A stretch of 64,000 nucleotides of DNA from Candidatus Heimdallarchaeota archaeon. GTDB lineage: Archaea > Asgardarchaeota > Heimdallarchaeia > JABLTI01. The position numbers and the translations under genes are program-made. Where the stretch lies: positions 32,001 through 96,000 of the forward strand of contig DXJV01000029.1 of assembly GCA_019056785.1 (NCBI GenBank), read 5' to 3'. Of this stretch, positions 1-10,722 are shown piece after piece. How positions within the stretch are numbered: the stretch's first letter is position 1; the number at the start of each line of letters is the position of its first letter. The notes under the pieces are model-generated. The model saw only the letters and a list, made by a program, of their open reading frames with translations. It had not been told where the DNA came from and made no database searches.

Positions 1-715
1 GCCAGCGATTAATGATAGTTAAAAACCACATAGCTAAAATTAATAAAAGGAGTAAAGCAATCCTTAAAACGATATTCCAGACTTCCGGTTCATCAGCGAT
101 GATAATATAGATCATTTGTAAAAGTTGCAGCGAATAAGCAACAAACACAAAATAATTGATACCGAACCGGTAGATATTCACAATGCTATCTAGTTTTTTG
201 ATATGAGCTAATTCATGGGCAATTATAGCTTTTATTTCTTTTTTATCTAAGATTTCGATGATATTTGCATCAAGAACAATCCACGAGGATCGAAGAAAAG
301 GGAGAGGAACAACATCAATGGTTAAGGCATTAGGAATGTTGGTGTTGCTAAGATAGACACGTTTAATGGACTTTAACTTGAATTCTCGCGCCAAATCTAT
401 GACCATTTTATAAATATCTTTGGGGTCCAGCCGGAGAGAGTTCTTTATTAGGAAATGATTTTCCCCCACTAAGCCAAACTCTGTAATTTGAATCAATTTT
501 GCTTGCCGAAAACGCCACCAAAGAACCAGATAAGTAATGATCACCTGAATTAGAAGAAGAATGAAAGCAATAAGTAACCTCTGCCATTGAAATTGCACAA
601 GCCAGCTGAAATGAAAGCGCACTAATCCTTCATCTTTCGGTGAAATCGTGAGAGTAGAGGCAATAAACAAATGAACTGTATTAAGAAAAAGAAAGAAGCC
701 ATTAGAAAGATGCAT
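1..715 (-). CDS. M48/HtpX-family zinc metalloprotease, membrane-bound; runs off the window edge
   Basis: Manual translation of the minus strand from ATG at 715 gives MHLSNGFFL...IPNALTID...KAIIAHELAHIKK. The HExxH motif lies at about 203-217, with PNA upstream. It is absent from the ORF track because it is truncated, and the exact start is uncertain. Confidence 0.85.
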   Translation of the reverse strand, partial: MHLSNGFFLFLNTVHLFIASTLTISPKDEGLVRFHFSWLVQFQWQRLLIAFILLLIQVIITYLVLWWRFRQAKLIQITEFGLVGENHFLIKNSLRLDPKDIYKMVIDLAREFKLKSIKRVYLSNTNIPNALTIDVVPLPFLRSSWIVLDANIIEILDKKEIKAIIAHELAHIKKLDSIVNIYRFGINYFVFVAYSLQLLQMIYIIIADEPEVWNIVLRIALLLLLILAMWFLTIINRW

Positions 716-861
716 CTTTATTTTTGTATTAAGCAACAAGTGATTTAATGGCACATAATTCCCTCATAAGTATAATCTTTGGAAATAGTTATTATTAAAT
801 GGTACTTTCACCTTTCCTTGTGTTTAAAAGTTTGTGGTAAAATCCCTTTTCTAGAAAGTGT

Positions 862-1548
862 TCAAATGGGGCCCTTATTTAAAGTCATTAGCAGGTCCTT
901 TTTTGTCGCATATCCTAATCTTTTAGCAATTTTATCGATCGCATGATTAGCACTGTCCTGAATAGCTTTTGGGTTTCGTTCATTATCCGCTGAAAATTTC
1001 AGAAGTAATTTTACAGTTGATTTATCACCTACTTCACCAAGGGCATACAAAGTTTGTAAAACGACCTCCAAAGGAATTGTCACCGAATTATAGAGCTCAT
1101 CAAGTAGGGCTAATAAAAGGGGGAGGCTTTCTTTTAAACCTAAAATGCCAAAAGTTTCTGCAAGGACAAGTTGTAACCGGTCACGCCCTCTGGAGCCCAT
1201 TTGCTTAAGCCGCTCATTGTAATTTTCTTTGATTTGTTGGATAATTTCATCACTATTGCTGGAATGCAACGATTGTGCTATTGCATACCGGACTGACCAA
1301 TCATCTTCGATGAAAAGTTGCAAGCAAAGTTCTTGTAAAAACGGATTTTCTTGCAAATAACCAAGAATCGATGCAGCAGCTTTCCGTATTCGTGCTTTTT
1401 TGTGTTTCTTAATGAGATTCAAGAAAAGTTCCTTTGCTTTTTCTTCTGTTTTGAAAAGCTCTTGGATAAGGGATGCTTTATTTTTCCAATTCAACGATGG
1501 ATGTTCAATGATAGTTAATAACTCACGTTTTATTTTCCATTTGTTCAT
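862..1548 (-). CDS. HEAT-repeat protein
   Basis: HEAT/PBS-type motifs: RIRKAAASILG, DWSVRYAIAQSL, LYALGEVGDKSTV. Confidence 0.8.
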   Translation of the reverse strand: MNKWKIKRELLTIIEHPSLNWKNKASLIQELFKTEEKAKELFLNLIKKHKKARIRKAAASILGYLQENPFLQELCLQLFIEDDWSVRYAIAQSLHSSNSDEIIQQIKENYNERLKQMGSRGRDRLQLVLAETFGILGLKESLPLLLALLDELYNSVTIPLEVVLQTLYALGEVGDKSTVKLLLKFSADNERNPKAIQDSANHAIDKIAKRLGYATKKDLLMTLNKGPI

Positions 1549-1660
1549 ATACCCATCAACAACAAATGCTAAAAGGAATTTTGATAGAAATATCTTTTGA
1601 AAGAGTTCAAATAATATTTAATAACATCTGCAAATATTTCTCACAAAACAATTTGTTGGA

Positions 1661-2056
1661 TTGAGTTGGATGCCTGCTAAAAATGAAAATCACGAAATAG
1701 AAAAGCAAATTCCTCAGAAAGCAAAGGGGAAAAAAGAGGACCCTCAATTGATGATTGGATTCAACAAATGGGGCATGCTTTTCATGTTTCTCTTTGTGGC
1801 AATTTTAGGCTATTTAATTCTTGCACCAATAGTTTACATACCCCCTTTTGCATATAATGTCATTGAAAGTGAATATATTATTAATGATTTATTACTGACA
1901 ATTCTCGGCATTCTTGCATTACTTTTCTTGGGGCTGGGAATTTATTTTGGTTGGATGAAAAAAGAAATCCCAGAAGAAAAAAGCGAAGAAGAAAGTAGCA
2001 AACCATTACAAGGAGAACAAGAGCAAATTACCTTTACCTTTGATGAGAATGACTAA
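1661..2056 (+). CDS. Hypothetical membrane protein (2 TM)
   Basis: Two hydrophobic segments flanked by charged tails; start at TTG 1661 or ATG 1670. Confidence 0.7.
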   Translation: MSWMPAKNENHEIEKQIPQKAKGKKEDPQLMIGFNKWGMLFMFLFVAILGYLILAPIVYIPPFAYNVIESEYIINDLLLTILGILALLFLGLGIYFGWMKKEIPEEKSEEESSKPLQGEQEQITFTFDEND

Positions 2057-2107
2057 GTTGGAGATCACTAAACCAACCTCTCATAAAAAATTAGACTAAT
2101 GAAATAT

Positions 2108-2443
2108 TTAGGTGGCTAATTTTTCAAGGTCAGCTAACTTGTTCTTCCACTTTTCAGCCAGCTCTTTTTTGTCTATTTTTTCGTAAAGAGCGATCAATAT
2201 CTCACAAATTTTTATCAGGGAAATTTTCCATTCTTGAGAATATTCGAGTTCTCGAGGTTGAAATGTTTCAAGCTCTTCAAGATTAATGTCTATTTTGAAA
2301 AGCCGGTTAAAATCTTCAAACGCTTCTCGAATATCGATTAATGTTTCCATGAGTGTTCTTAAAAGTGTTGCATCAGCTGGTGTTGATAGCCGTTCTTTCA
2401 TTCGCTCTTCTATTATTTGTAATTTCTTTTCAAGTTCCGACAA
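2108..2443 (-). CDS. Hypothetical helical protein
   Basis: ORF 2108..2479; the probable start is TTG at 2443, preceded by an SD-like GAGGTG. It lies directly downstream of the leuD-like gene on the same strand. Confidence 0.6.
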   Translation of the reverse strand: MSELEKKLQIIEERMKERLSTPADATLLRTLMETLIDIREAFEDFNRLFKIDINLEELETFQPRELEYSQEWKISLIKICEILIALYEKIDKKELAEKWKNKLADLEKLAT

Positions 2444-2507
2444 AAAACATTGCACCTCAATAAAAACTAACTTTAACAAAGTTCTAAATTAAAAAGAAGA
2501 GAAGGGA

Positions 2508-3038
2508 TTAAAGAGTTTTTGCATATTCAAACAAGTTCCCAGCTTGATAAATGTCCATTTGGACCTGTGACATCCCTTCTGTTTTGAAAGTATGGTTCTT
2601 TGTCAGGTTCTTTATTTCACCTGTCTGTAAATTAACGACAAGTTCATCGCCTGTTTCTATCAGCTTTTTCTCGTCGATGATGTCTGCTTGTAAGATGGGT
2701 AATCCAGCATTGATAGCATTTCGTTTATAAATAGCACCAAAAGATTTCGCAATCAAAAGTTGTATGCCAAGAGAAATAAAACAATCTACTGCTTGCTGTC
2801 TTGAAGAACCAGCACCAAAATTTGCACCTAAGATTAAGATGTCGCCTTTCTGTGCTTTCTTCGCGAAATCTTTCCATCCTTCGAGATTATCGAAAGTGTA
2901 TTGACCCATTTCTTCGATTTTCTTTATGTGGAGATATTTATTGTGGAAGATCATATCTGTATCTATATCATCAATTGGTTTTCCATCTTTATCACGGATT
3001 ACTACTGCTCGTCCTTTCAATTCGATTGGTTTTGCCAT
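2508..3038 (-). CDS. leuD: 3-isopropylmalate dehydratase/homoaconitase small subunit (LeuD/HacB family)
   Basis: DDIDTD, NFGAGSSRQQA and SFGAIYKRNAINAGLP motifs. Substrate specificity cannot be resolved from sequence alone. Confidence 0.88.
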   Translation of the reverse strand: MAKPIELKGRAVVIRDKDGKPIDDIDTDMIFHNKYLHIKKIEEMGQYTFDNLEGWKDFAKKAQKGDILILGANFGAGSSRQQAVDCFISLGIQLLIAKSFGAIYKRNAINAGLPILQADIIDEKKLIETGDELVVNLQTGEIKNLTKNHTFKTEGMSQVQMDIYQAGNLFEYAKTL

Positions 3039-3055
3039 TTTTCATTCCTCCAGTG

Positions 3056-4312
3056 TTAGATGTTTTCCGGGCTGGTAATATATCCCGTAATTGCAGAGGC
3101 CGTTACTGTTTCAGGGCTGCAGAGATAAGTCATCCCCGACCCTTGCTTTCCTTTGAAATTCCTATTTCCGGTCGAGACTTGGACCTCGCCTTTGCCTGTC
3201 ATGCCAATTTGTCCACTTGCGCAACCAGCACAGCCCGGATTGCTAACAACAGTCCTTGCCTCAAATAGAACTTGCAAATCGCCGTTTTTAATGAGATCAC
3301 CGAGAACTCTTCGTGTTGCCGGGACGATTTTCATGACCGTATCTTTAGCTACTTCTATGCCTTTCAGCATATCGACTGCAACTTTGATGTCTTCATATCG
3401 ACCATTTGTGCAACTGCCAAGAAAGGCAGAATCAACATGAATTTTTTCTTTCTCTAATGAAGCCACCTCAACAACATTATCCGGTTTATATGGTTTTGCA
3501 ATGAGCGGTCGTAGGTCGCTAATGTCAACCACCACTTCTTCCACATACTTGGCATCTTCATCAGCAAAATAAGGAGTAAAGTCACTTTTTGCCCTTGCCT
3601 TGCTATAAGAAATTATTTCTTCGTTTGGAGGGATGAAACCAATAATTCCTCCCATCTCAGTCACCATCGACGCAAGAGTGATTCGTCCGGCAAAGGAGAG
3701 CTTCTCAATTGCTTTCCCCTCAAATTCAATCGCTTTGCCTAAAGCACCTTTTGAGGTCAACTTTCGGATGATTGCCAGAGTAAGGTCCTTTGCTGAACAA
3801 GGCGGTTGCAATTCGCCTTCAATAATTACCTTCATTGTTGGTGGAACTTCAAACCAGGTCTTCCCTGCTTTCATTCCAAAAGCAATGTCTTGATCTCCCA
3901 TTCCTTGCCCGAAAGCACCAATGCACCCCATAATGTTCAAATGGCTGTCTGTACCAACCACCGTTGCACCTGGAACGCAGTAACCTTCTTCAATAAGAAT
4001 ATGAGAACCAATACCCCACTCAGAATCGAAGACACGAATGCCCTCTTCTCTTGCAAAATCTCGGATAATCTGTTGATTTTCTGCATACCCTACATTCTTT
4101 GCCGGTACAACAGTATCAAAAGTGAAAACTGTTTTAGCCTTATTTTCAAGTTTCTCCTCATTTGGATAGTACTTCCGAAGGTTAGCAATAACATTTGCTC
4201 CTCCAAAGTCACGAGCACTTCGCACATCTAAATCTAACCAGATAATTTTACCGGGTTTAATGTCATCTTTTGAGTGCGCTGCGAAAATTTTCTCAATAAT
4301 TGTTTGTCCCAT
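3056..4312 (-). CDS. leuC: 3-isopropylmalate dehydratase/homoaconitase large subunit (LeuC/HacA family)
   Basis: MGQTIIEKI start, GTDSH, GSCTNGR and CAGC Fe-S ligands, STGNRNFKGKQG. Confidence 0.9.
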   Translation of the reverse strand: MGQTIIEKIFAAHSKDDIKPGKIIWLDLDVRSARDFGGANVIANLRKYYPNEEKLENKAKTVFTFDTVVPAKNVGYAENQQIIRDFAREEGIRVFDSEWGIGSHILIEEGYCVPGATVVGTDSHLNIMGCIGAFGQGMGDQDIAFGMKAGKTWFEVPPTMKVIIEGELQPPCSAKDLTLAIIRKLTSKGALGKAIEFEGKAIEKLSFAGRITLASMVTEMGGIIGFIPPNEEIISYSKARAKSDFTPYFADEDAKYVEEVVVDISDLRPLIAKPYKPDNVVEVASLEKEKIHVDSAFLGSCTNGRYEDIKVAVDMLKGIEVAKDTVMKIVPATRRVLGDLIKNGDLQVLFEARTVVSNPGCAGCASGQIGMTGKGEVQVSTGNRNFKGKQGSGMTYLCSPETVTASAITGYITSPENI

Positions 4313-4600
4313 TTATCTTGCATCCTTTCAAACGATTTTACATGAAAGCTTAGCTCTTTTTTTACTTGTAATAACTATTTAAGCTTTTCATCGAATAGTG
4401 TTAATGAATGCCTTTTTAAGATAAGCATGAAAATTCATTTAAATAAAAAGCATTAAATTTCGTGCAAAAGGAAAGCTAGAAGCAAATTTCAGAGAGAATA
4501 ACGACTTTAAATAGAGAAAAGCTTTACGAACTTTAACTGAATGGCAAAGCGATAAAACGGCTGCTATCTCCCCCTCAAAAATATGAAGAAGTGATGTTTT

Positions 4601-5695
4601 ATGAGCAAGCAAAAAAGAGACCCATATGAAGTTCTCGGCGTGTCCAGAAATGCCACTGCAGATGAAATTAAAAAGGCTTACCGGAAACTTGCTCGAAAAT
4701 ATCATCCCGATGCAAATCCCGGCGATAATCAAGCGGCAGAACGCTTCAAGGAAGTTTCAGAAGCTTATTCCATTTTAAGTGACCCCGACCAAAGAGCTGC
4801 CTACGATAATTTGGGTTGGGCGGGTTTAGGAGCAACTGCTGGGGGAACAGGCGGGGATCCCTTTGCAGGATTTGGTTTTGGCGATATTTTTGGAAGCATT
4901 TTCAGTGATTTCTTTGGCGAAAGAAGAGGTTTTCGAAGAGAAGCAACGGGAAAACACATTCGTATATCTTTGGAATTGACTTTTGAAGAAGCAGCCAGTG
5001 GTGTAAAAAAGAAGATCACAGTAAAAAAGCATGAAACATGTTCGCGTTGTAATGGCTCGCGAGCAGAACCGGGTACTAGCCCGAGAAGATGTAGTGTTTG
5101 TGGTGGCTCGGGCGTAGAAGAGATCCGGCAACGAACACCATTTGGTATTATGATTAATCAAACGATTTGCAATGCCTGTAACGGGACAGGGGAGATGGTG
5201 GACCACCCTTGCACTCTTTGTAAGGGAACAGGCTTAGAAGAGAAAACAAAGAAAATTACTGTTGATATCCCTGCAGGAATAGATGACGGGCAAAAAGTAA
5301 TCATCCGTGGTGAAGGCGAACCCGGGCCACATGGCGTCCCGCCTGGAAATCTCTATATCATTATCCGTTTGAAACCCCACAAATACTTCCATCGCGAAGG
5401 TAATGAATTAATCTATGAACACACAATCAATATTGCGCAAGCAGCATTAGGCGATACCATTTATGTCCCGACATTAGTTAAAGGAGAAAAAGCCAAAGTG
5501 AAAATCCCTCCGGGAACAGAAATGAATACTATTTTCAGACTTAAAAACAAAGGCTTTCCTAATGTGAATGGTTATGGAAGGGGAGATATGCACGTTATTA
5601 TTAGAATTTCCACACCAAAGAAGCTTACACCTCGAGAGAAAGAGCTCTTAACAGAATTGAAAGAAATCTGGGCAGCAAAAAAAGATGGTTCCTAA
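4601..5695 (+). CDS. dnaJ: Chaperone DnaJ (class A)
   Basis: J-domain with HPD, a G/F-rich region, four CxxCxGxG-type repeats and the C-terminal substrate domains. Confidence 0.97.
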   Translation: MSKQKRDPYEVLGVSRNATADEIKKAYRKLARKYHPDANPGDNQAAERFKEVSEAYSILSDPDQRAAYDNLGWAGLGATAGGTGGDPFAGFGFGDIFGSIFSDFFGERRGFRREATGKHIRISLELTFEEAASGVKKKITVKKHETCSRCNGSRAEPGTSPRRCSVCGGSGVEEIRQRTPFGIMINQTICNACNGTGEMVDHPCTLCKGTGLEEKTKKITVDIPAGIDDGQKVIIRGEGEPGPHGVPPGNLYIIIRLKPHKYFHREGNELIYEHTINIAQAALGDTIYVPTLVKGEKAKVKIPPGTEMNTIFRLKNKGFPNVNGYGRGDMHVIIRISTPKKLTPREKELLTELKEIWAAKKDGS

Positions 5696-5847
5696 GTAAA
5701 AAAAAAGTGAGACTAAGAAAAAAACGAGAGTAAATTGTTGTTTTTAAAAGAAAAGATTTATTAGCTTTAAGAGGCAAACAAACAATCTAATTATAAATTT
5801 AAAAAGAATATTTCGGATATATATGATAAAAGAAAGGTTGCATAAAA

Positions 5848-7050
5848 GTGGAAAATTTAGTTATTAGCCATAATCGAGATGTTGTTCCTTCCAAATTGCC
5901 TGTCGAGATTGTTGAACGAAAAGGGCAAGGACATCCTGACTTTCTCTGTGATAAGGCAGCAGAAGAGTTAAGCATCGCGATAAGTAAATGGTATATTGAA
6001 AGATATGGGCGGATCCTCCATCATAATGTAGATAAAGCTGTATTAGCCGGCGGACAATCTGTAACGAAAATTGGAGGTGGGGAAGTACTCGAACCAATTT
6101 ACCTCTTACTTGTTGGACGAGCTGTTGGAGTGAATGCTCAAATAAATGGGCAATTCTTACCAATTGGCAAGTTAGTTATTGAGACCACCAAAAATTGGTT
6201 GCATAAAGACCTCCCTCATTTAAATATTGAACATGACATCATTATTGATTATAAAATCCGCTCAGGGAGTACTGACCTAGTTGGTAATTTCGAAGAAAAC
6301 ATTGAAATCCCACGAGCAAATGATACATCTATCGGGATTGGTTTTGCTCCTTTTTCACCGTTAGAAGAATTGACCTATAAAACTGAACGATTATTAAATG
6401 ACCTTGAAATAAAGAAAAAGCACCCCGCAATTGGTGAAGACATAAAAGTCATGGGCGTCCGGAAGAAGGACAAGATAGACTTGACAATTGCTTGTGCAAT
6501 GATCAGTACAGAATTAGTCGATATTGATCATTACTTTACAACAAAAGAAGAAGTAAAAGAATTAACCCTGGATTTGGCTGCAGACATCTGGGGAGGAGAA
6601 ATAAACATTGATGTTAATGTAGCAGATGTTCCTGGAAATGAAGATTGTTTGTACTTGACAGTAACTGGCACATCAGCAGAGCAAGGAGACGACGGACAAG
6701 TTGGCCGGGGAAATCGGGTAAATGGATTAATAACACCTTATCGACCAATGACCCTCGAAGCAGCAGCCGGAAAAAATCCCGTAAGCCATGTAGGAAAAAC
6801 TTACAATATTGCTGCTAGAAAGATTTGTGAGCAAGTTGTGAAAGAGCTTAGCGTCGAAAATGTCGATTGTTACTTAGTAAGCAAAATAGGTGTGGAAATT
6901 ACAAAACCATACGTTATAGAACTGGCTCTCGTTGGTGGTAAAGTTGACAGTAAGACCAAACGAAACCTCGAGGAGATCGTTCAAGAACAATTGAATCAAA
7001 TGCCAAATATCTGGCGAGGGTTTATTAACCGCTCTTATGAACTCTACTAG
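5848..7050 (+). CDS. mat: Archaeal-type S-adenosylmethionine synthetase
   Basis: [51 protein letters not shown]. Confidence 0.96.
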   Translation: MENLVISHNRDVVPSKLPVEIVERKGQGHPDFLCDKAAEELSIAISKWYIERYGRILHHNVDKAVLAGGQSVTKIGGGEVLEPIYLLLVGRAVGVNAQINGQFLPIGKLVIETTKNWLHKDLPHLNIEHDIIIDYKIRSGSTDLVGNFEENIEIPRANDTSIGIGFAPFSPLEELTYKTERLLNDLEIKKKHPAIGEDIKVMGVRKKDKIDLTIACAMISTELVDIDHYFTTKEEVKELTLDLAADIWGGEINIDVNVADVPGNEDCLYLTVTGTSAEQGDDGQVGRGNRVNGLITPYRPMTLEAAAGKNPVSHVGKTYNIAARKICEQVVKELSVENVDCYLVSKIGVEITKPYVIELALVGGKVDSKTKRNLEEIVQEQLNQMPNIWRGFINRSYELY

Positions 7051-7059
7051 AGTAAAACT

Positions 7060-8646
7060 TTAACTAATCTTTAGTTTCGGCAGAGGAATGAGATAGATTA
7101 TTCTCTCTCCTTTTAACCCCCCGAAAGTTAATTCAAGATTGCTAAGCTTCACAGTGCCTTTTCGCTTTGCAAGAACCGGTTGGGTAAAAAGAAGCTCCTC
7201 TCCCGGAGCCAACATTTTTTTCCGAAGATGTCTTTTCACTCCAATGGATTCTAAAGCATCTCTGGGTTTCCATGAGAGTTCCTTTATTTGAAAGGATGGC
7301 AAAGCAACATCCGACCTGTTGAAAATTTTGATGACAAGATCGCCTGCTGTTCCAAAAGAGGTGAGAGTATATTGAACTACGACACTAATACTCTTTTTAA
7401 TGAGCGACTCGAGACAACCATGCCAGAATTTTTGAAGTGAGACAGGGAGTTTTGCCACCTCTTTTAGTCGCATGAATAGTTTTTTAGCGGTTTTTACTTT
7501 ATACTCCAAAATGGCTTGCAGAAAATCAATCACAAGCTTTGTTTGGCCATTTTGTTTAATGCAATATTTGATCTCTTTTCGAGCAGGTAAGGCAGACAAA
7601 CTTTTTTCTTTGCTTTCATTCTCCTTGACTCGACTTGAATAAACATGCAGAATGACAGTTAGTGTTAGCAACAAAGGAACTTGTTTACACGCCTTCCGAG
7701 CAAGAAGAGCTAGACAATAATTTAATGTTGCAGAGCTAAACCGAGCAAAACTATCTACTTCTTCAAAGAGAGAATGATAAAATGACTCGAGAAGCTCTTC
7801 TTCTAACTCCACAGTTAGAAACGAAAGAGGAAAGTCGTTAGTAAGAACGGTGGCAGAAATTAATTTACAATAATCGAACAAATTACTTATTTCTTTTTGT
7901 TTATAACGTTCTTCTCTGTCAAAATGACCCACGGACCATTTGTTTCTTTTAGCTAAGTTCAAAATCAGCTCTTGAGAATGACGGTCCTTCAAAAACAGCA
8001 TGGAAGCCAAAAAGCTAAATTTCCTTGCTAGGGGTGTTTTTTTAAGAATATTTTCGAAAAAAATGTCAAAGGCTTTAATAGTTAATATTTCTGTTTTTTC
8101 TTCTAAGGCCGAGAAATCTATGGGCAGCTGCCAAAAGTCACTTTTAGCCTCCAAGAGGGTTAGAATATTCTCGGAAAGCGGCATGGCTTTAGAATTAAGA
8201 GTTATTATTGGCCGTGATGAAAGTTTATAGTTCGTTATTTTCTCTATTTCAACAATGATTTTTGCAAATTGTTCATCCAAAGCAACTGTTTGTTCTGAAA
8301 TTGTTGGCGAAGGCTTTAGCTTGGGATACCGTAATAGGCGAATTGTGGTCTTCTTGAGATGTTTTTTGATCTTTCCCAAGGCATCTTCAGAATAGCTGGT
8401 GTCTTTAATACAATAACCATCACGATTGAAATAGTACAGCCTCCCAAGAGAATCATAATCAGCGAAAACAATGTACGCTATTGGTTTGTATTTTGTGAGA
8501 ATTAGTTGAGGAACTGGTCCCCTATAGAAGGTTTTAACACCCTTGGCTTTTCGAACCTCAACATAGACCGGCTTTTTGGAATTATATTCATGTTTCGCAA
8601 ACTCATAAAGACGTTTTTTTACATCACGAGGCGGAGTAGAAGGCAT
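7060..8646 (-). CDS. Hypothetical protein with a probable C-terminal Ig-like beta-sandwich
   Basis: 528-aa ORF. The C-terminal ~110 aa show an alternating beta-strand pattern (LVIKIFNRS...LAPGEE...GTVKLSNLELTF). Confidence 0.65.
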   Translation of the reverse strand: MPSTPPRDVKKRLYEFAKHEYNSKKPVYVEVRKAKGVKTFYRGPVPQLILTKYKPIAYIVFADYDSLGRLYYFNRDGYCIKDTSYSEDALGKIKKHLKKTTIRLLRYPKLKPSPTISEQTVALDEQFAKIIVEIEKITNYKLSSRPIITLNSKAMPLSENILTLLEAKSDFWQLPIDFSALEEKTEILTIKAFDIFFENILKKTPLARKFSFLASMLFLKDRHSQELILNLAKRNKWSVGHFDREERYKQKEISNLFDYCKLISATVLTNDFPLSFLTVELEEELLESFYHSLFEEVDSFARFSSATLNYCLALLARKACKQVPLLLTLTVILHVYSSRVKENESKEKSLSALPARKEIKYCIKQNGQTKLVIDFLQAILEYKVKTAKKLFMRLKEVAKLPVSLQKFWHGCLESLIKKSISVVVQYTLTSFGTAGDLVIKIFNRSDVALPSFQIKELSWKPRDALESIGVKRHLRKKMLAPGEELLFTQPVLAKRKGTVKLSNLELTFGGLKGERIIYLIPLPKLKIS

Positions 8647-8833
8647 TAGAAGTCCCTATGTTTTTTATTCGTAGTAGTTTATCTGGTAAAATCTGTTTTT
8701 AACTTTGTTGAAAAACTCCCCGGTAAAAAGCCAAAGGGAATAACTAAACGTTATTATTTAGGAAAGACTCAAAATATTGCTAGAAGACTATTATTATTCG
8801 TAAAAAAAGAAGAATATAGGTGTTGTTGGAAAA

Positions 8834-9826
8834 ATGACCTTTAATGAGATAAATGACGGTATTTGGAATGTTTATGGAGACCATGGCGAAGGGGGCGAGA
8901 GAAATGCTATTTATATCATAATGGATGAAAATATTGCCATAATTGACACAGGCCTCCGAGGGACAATCCAACACGAGGTCCTCGAATGCATTGAATATGC
9001 AAATCGCAAACCAAAAGAAGTGAAATACATCCTTTTGACTCGAGAGCATCACGATGCAATTGGAGGGGCGCGTCAATTATTAGATTACTTCCCAAAGGCC
9101 GAATTGGTTTGTCATAAAGCTGCAGAGGAAACACTTCGCAAACCCTATCTCTATCTCCCAGAAAAGCATTTCGAGCCGAATAAGAAAGGCGGGAGATTTA
9201 CCTTCCAACCCTGGGAACGCCTCTCCGGGATTAAACCTCATGCTGTTTTTGAAGACGGCGATAAATTCCCACTCGGAAAAACAACCCTGTATGTTGTTGC
9301 TTATCCTGGATTCAGTCAAGGGCATGCAATGTTTTTCAGCTCGAAACAGAAGGCGATTTTCACCGGTGCAGAACTCTATATTTATCCGATGCGCTTTAGT
9401 AACTATCTGATCGATAAAACTGGAAGCGCAGCAGAACGAGAAAAAGCATTGGAATTTATTTCGCGAGCGAAAATTGATATGATTTGTCCTGCCTACGATG
9501 GAGCGTATATTGGAAGTCAGGCTAAAGAATTAATTAAACAAGCTCTTGCTGCACATAAGAATTTTGAAGAAACGATTTTAATTACTCTAACTACTAGAGG
9601 AGCATGCACTTTTGACGAGATACGGGATGAAGTCTATCTAAGTTTGGGAATTGAATGGTATAAACCTTGGAAAGATCTCGTGGACGATTTAACTTTAAAA
9701 GCCCATTTGAAACAATTAGAAGAGGAAGACAAGATCTTTCGTTCTTCCAAAACGAGACGGAAAGAACCGCTCTGGGAAATCCATGAGGAACATAAAATCG
9801 ATCCAGAAAAAACGCTCTATTATTAA
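8834..9826 (+). CDS. Metallo-beta-lactamase-fold protein with degenerate metal ligands and a C-terminal winged helix
   Basis: IIDTG, LLTREHHDAIGG, PGFSQGH, FTGAE and CPAYD align to the MBL motifs; the C-terminal AHLKQLEEEDKI region is wHTH-like. Confidence 0.85.
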   Translation: MTFNEINDGIWNVYGDHGEGGERNAIYIIMDENIAIIDTGLRGTIQHEVLECIEYANRKPKEVKYILLTREHHDAIGGARQLLDYFPKAELVCHKAAEETLRKPYLYLPEKHFEPNKKGGRFTFQPWERLSGIKPHAVFEDGDKFPLGKTTLYVVAYPGFSQGHAMFFSSKQKAIFTGAELYIYPMRFSNYLIDKTGSAAEREKALEFISRAKIDMICPAYDGAYIGSQAKELIKQALAAHKNFEETILITLTTRGACTFDEIRDEVYLSLGIEWYKPWKDLVDDLTLKAHLKQLEEEDKIFRSSKTRRKEPLWEIHEEHKIDPEKTLYY

Positions 9827-9901
9827 TTGATTGAACTCTTGGTACAAAAAGAAAGACCATAGGAGGATGCCAATCTCTTTCCTCCTTCTTTCAAGTTTTT
9901 C

Positions 9902-10414
9902 TTATTGAGATTTTTTAATTTGCTTTAAAATTTCTACAAGAGAAGTTCTTGTGCCGTCACCACGGAGTGCCGATGTGCCGATAACTTTGCCTTTAAAACC
10001 AAGCATTTGTTTTATCTTCTCAGGTGGAAGTGCGCCTGGTTTGTCTTGTTTATTCGCACAAATAATTAGTGGCACCCGGCCACAAACAGCTTTAATGCGT
10101 TTTGTAAGGGCTTCAACTTGCGAAAATGTGGAAGGGTCGGTGCTATCAATCACCATAATAATCCCCGAAGCCCCCCTTGCAACGCATTGTTGAACATCTT
10201 TGAAATGATCTTGTCCGGGCGTGCCAAAAATGTGAACATGAAAGTTTTCGATCATATCATGGGTGAAGTCCAAGCCAACAGTTGTACCATTCACAGCAAC
10301 ATTTATGGGTTTTGTACCAAATTTTTGGACGAATTCAGATTTACCTGCATTATAAGGGCCTGTTACAACAATTTTAATGTCTTGTTCTGGACTATGGGGT
10401 TCCATATTTTCCAC
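9902..10414 (-). CDS. Small GTPase, MglA-like
   Basis: G1 GPYNAGKS, TTVGLDF, G3 GTPGQ (no Asp, as in the MglA group), G4 NKQD, G5 TSA. Confidence 0.9.
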   Translation of the reverse strand: MENMEPHSPEQDIKIVVTGPYNAGKSEFVQKFGTKPINVAVNGTTVGLDFTHDMIENFHVHIFGTPGQDHFKDVQQCVARGASGIIMVIDSTDPSTFSQVEALTKRIKAVCGRVPLIICANKQDKPGALPPEKIKQMLGFKGKVIGTSALRGDGTRTSLVEILKQIKKSQ

Positions 10415-10722
10415 CGACTAATACTACTTTCTTTAGCATTAAAAGATTAAATATTATCGAAATAATATGTAAGGCTAGGCTTGGGGCAGCATGAAAAATA
10501 GTAGAAACAGCTCACCTAGTAGGGAAGCCAAAAAAGGGGGGTTAGAAAAAATTAACATTTACAAGGGGATTTTAAAAAAAATCATTGTAAAATTTCAGCA
10601 ATTTTCAAGAAAAAATTTTTATCAACGATTTTGTCAAAACTATAATCTTTAAAAATAATGATTTTCTAGATATATTACAAATTCATAAGAATTGAAAAAG
10701 GAAATTAATGATGTGATTAAAA

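Noticed and set aside
10470-10545. GC-richer patch with a weak possible hairpin between the GTPase genes
   Set aside because: Pairing is short and interrupted, and there are no tRNA or known ncRNA hallmarks.
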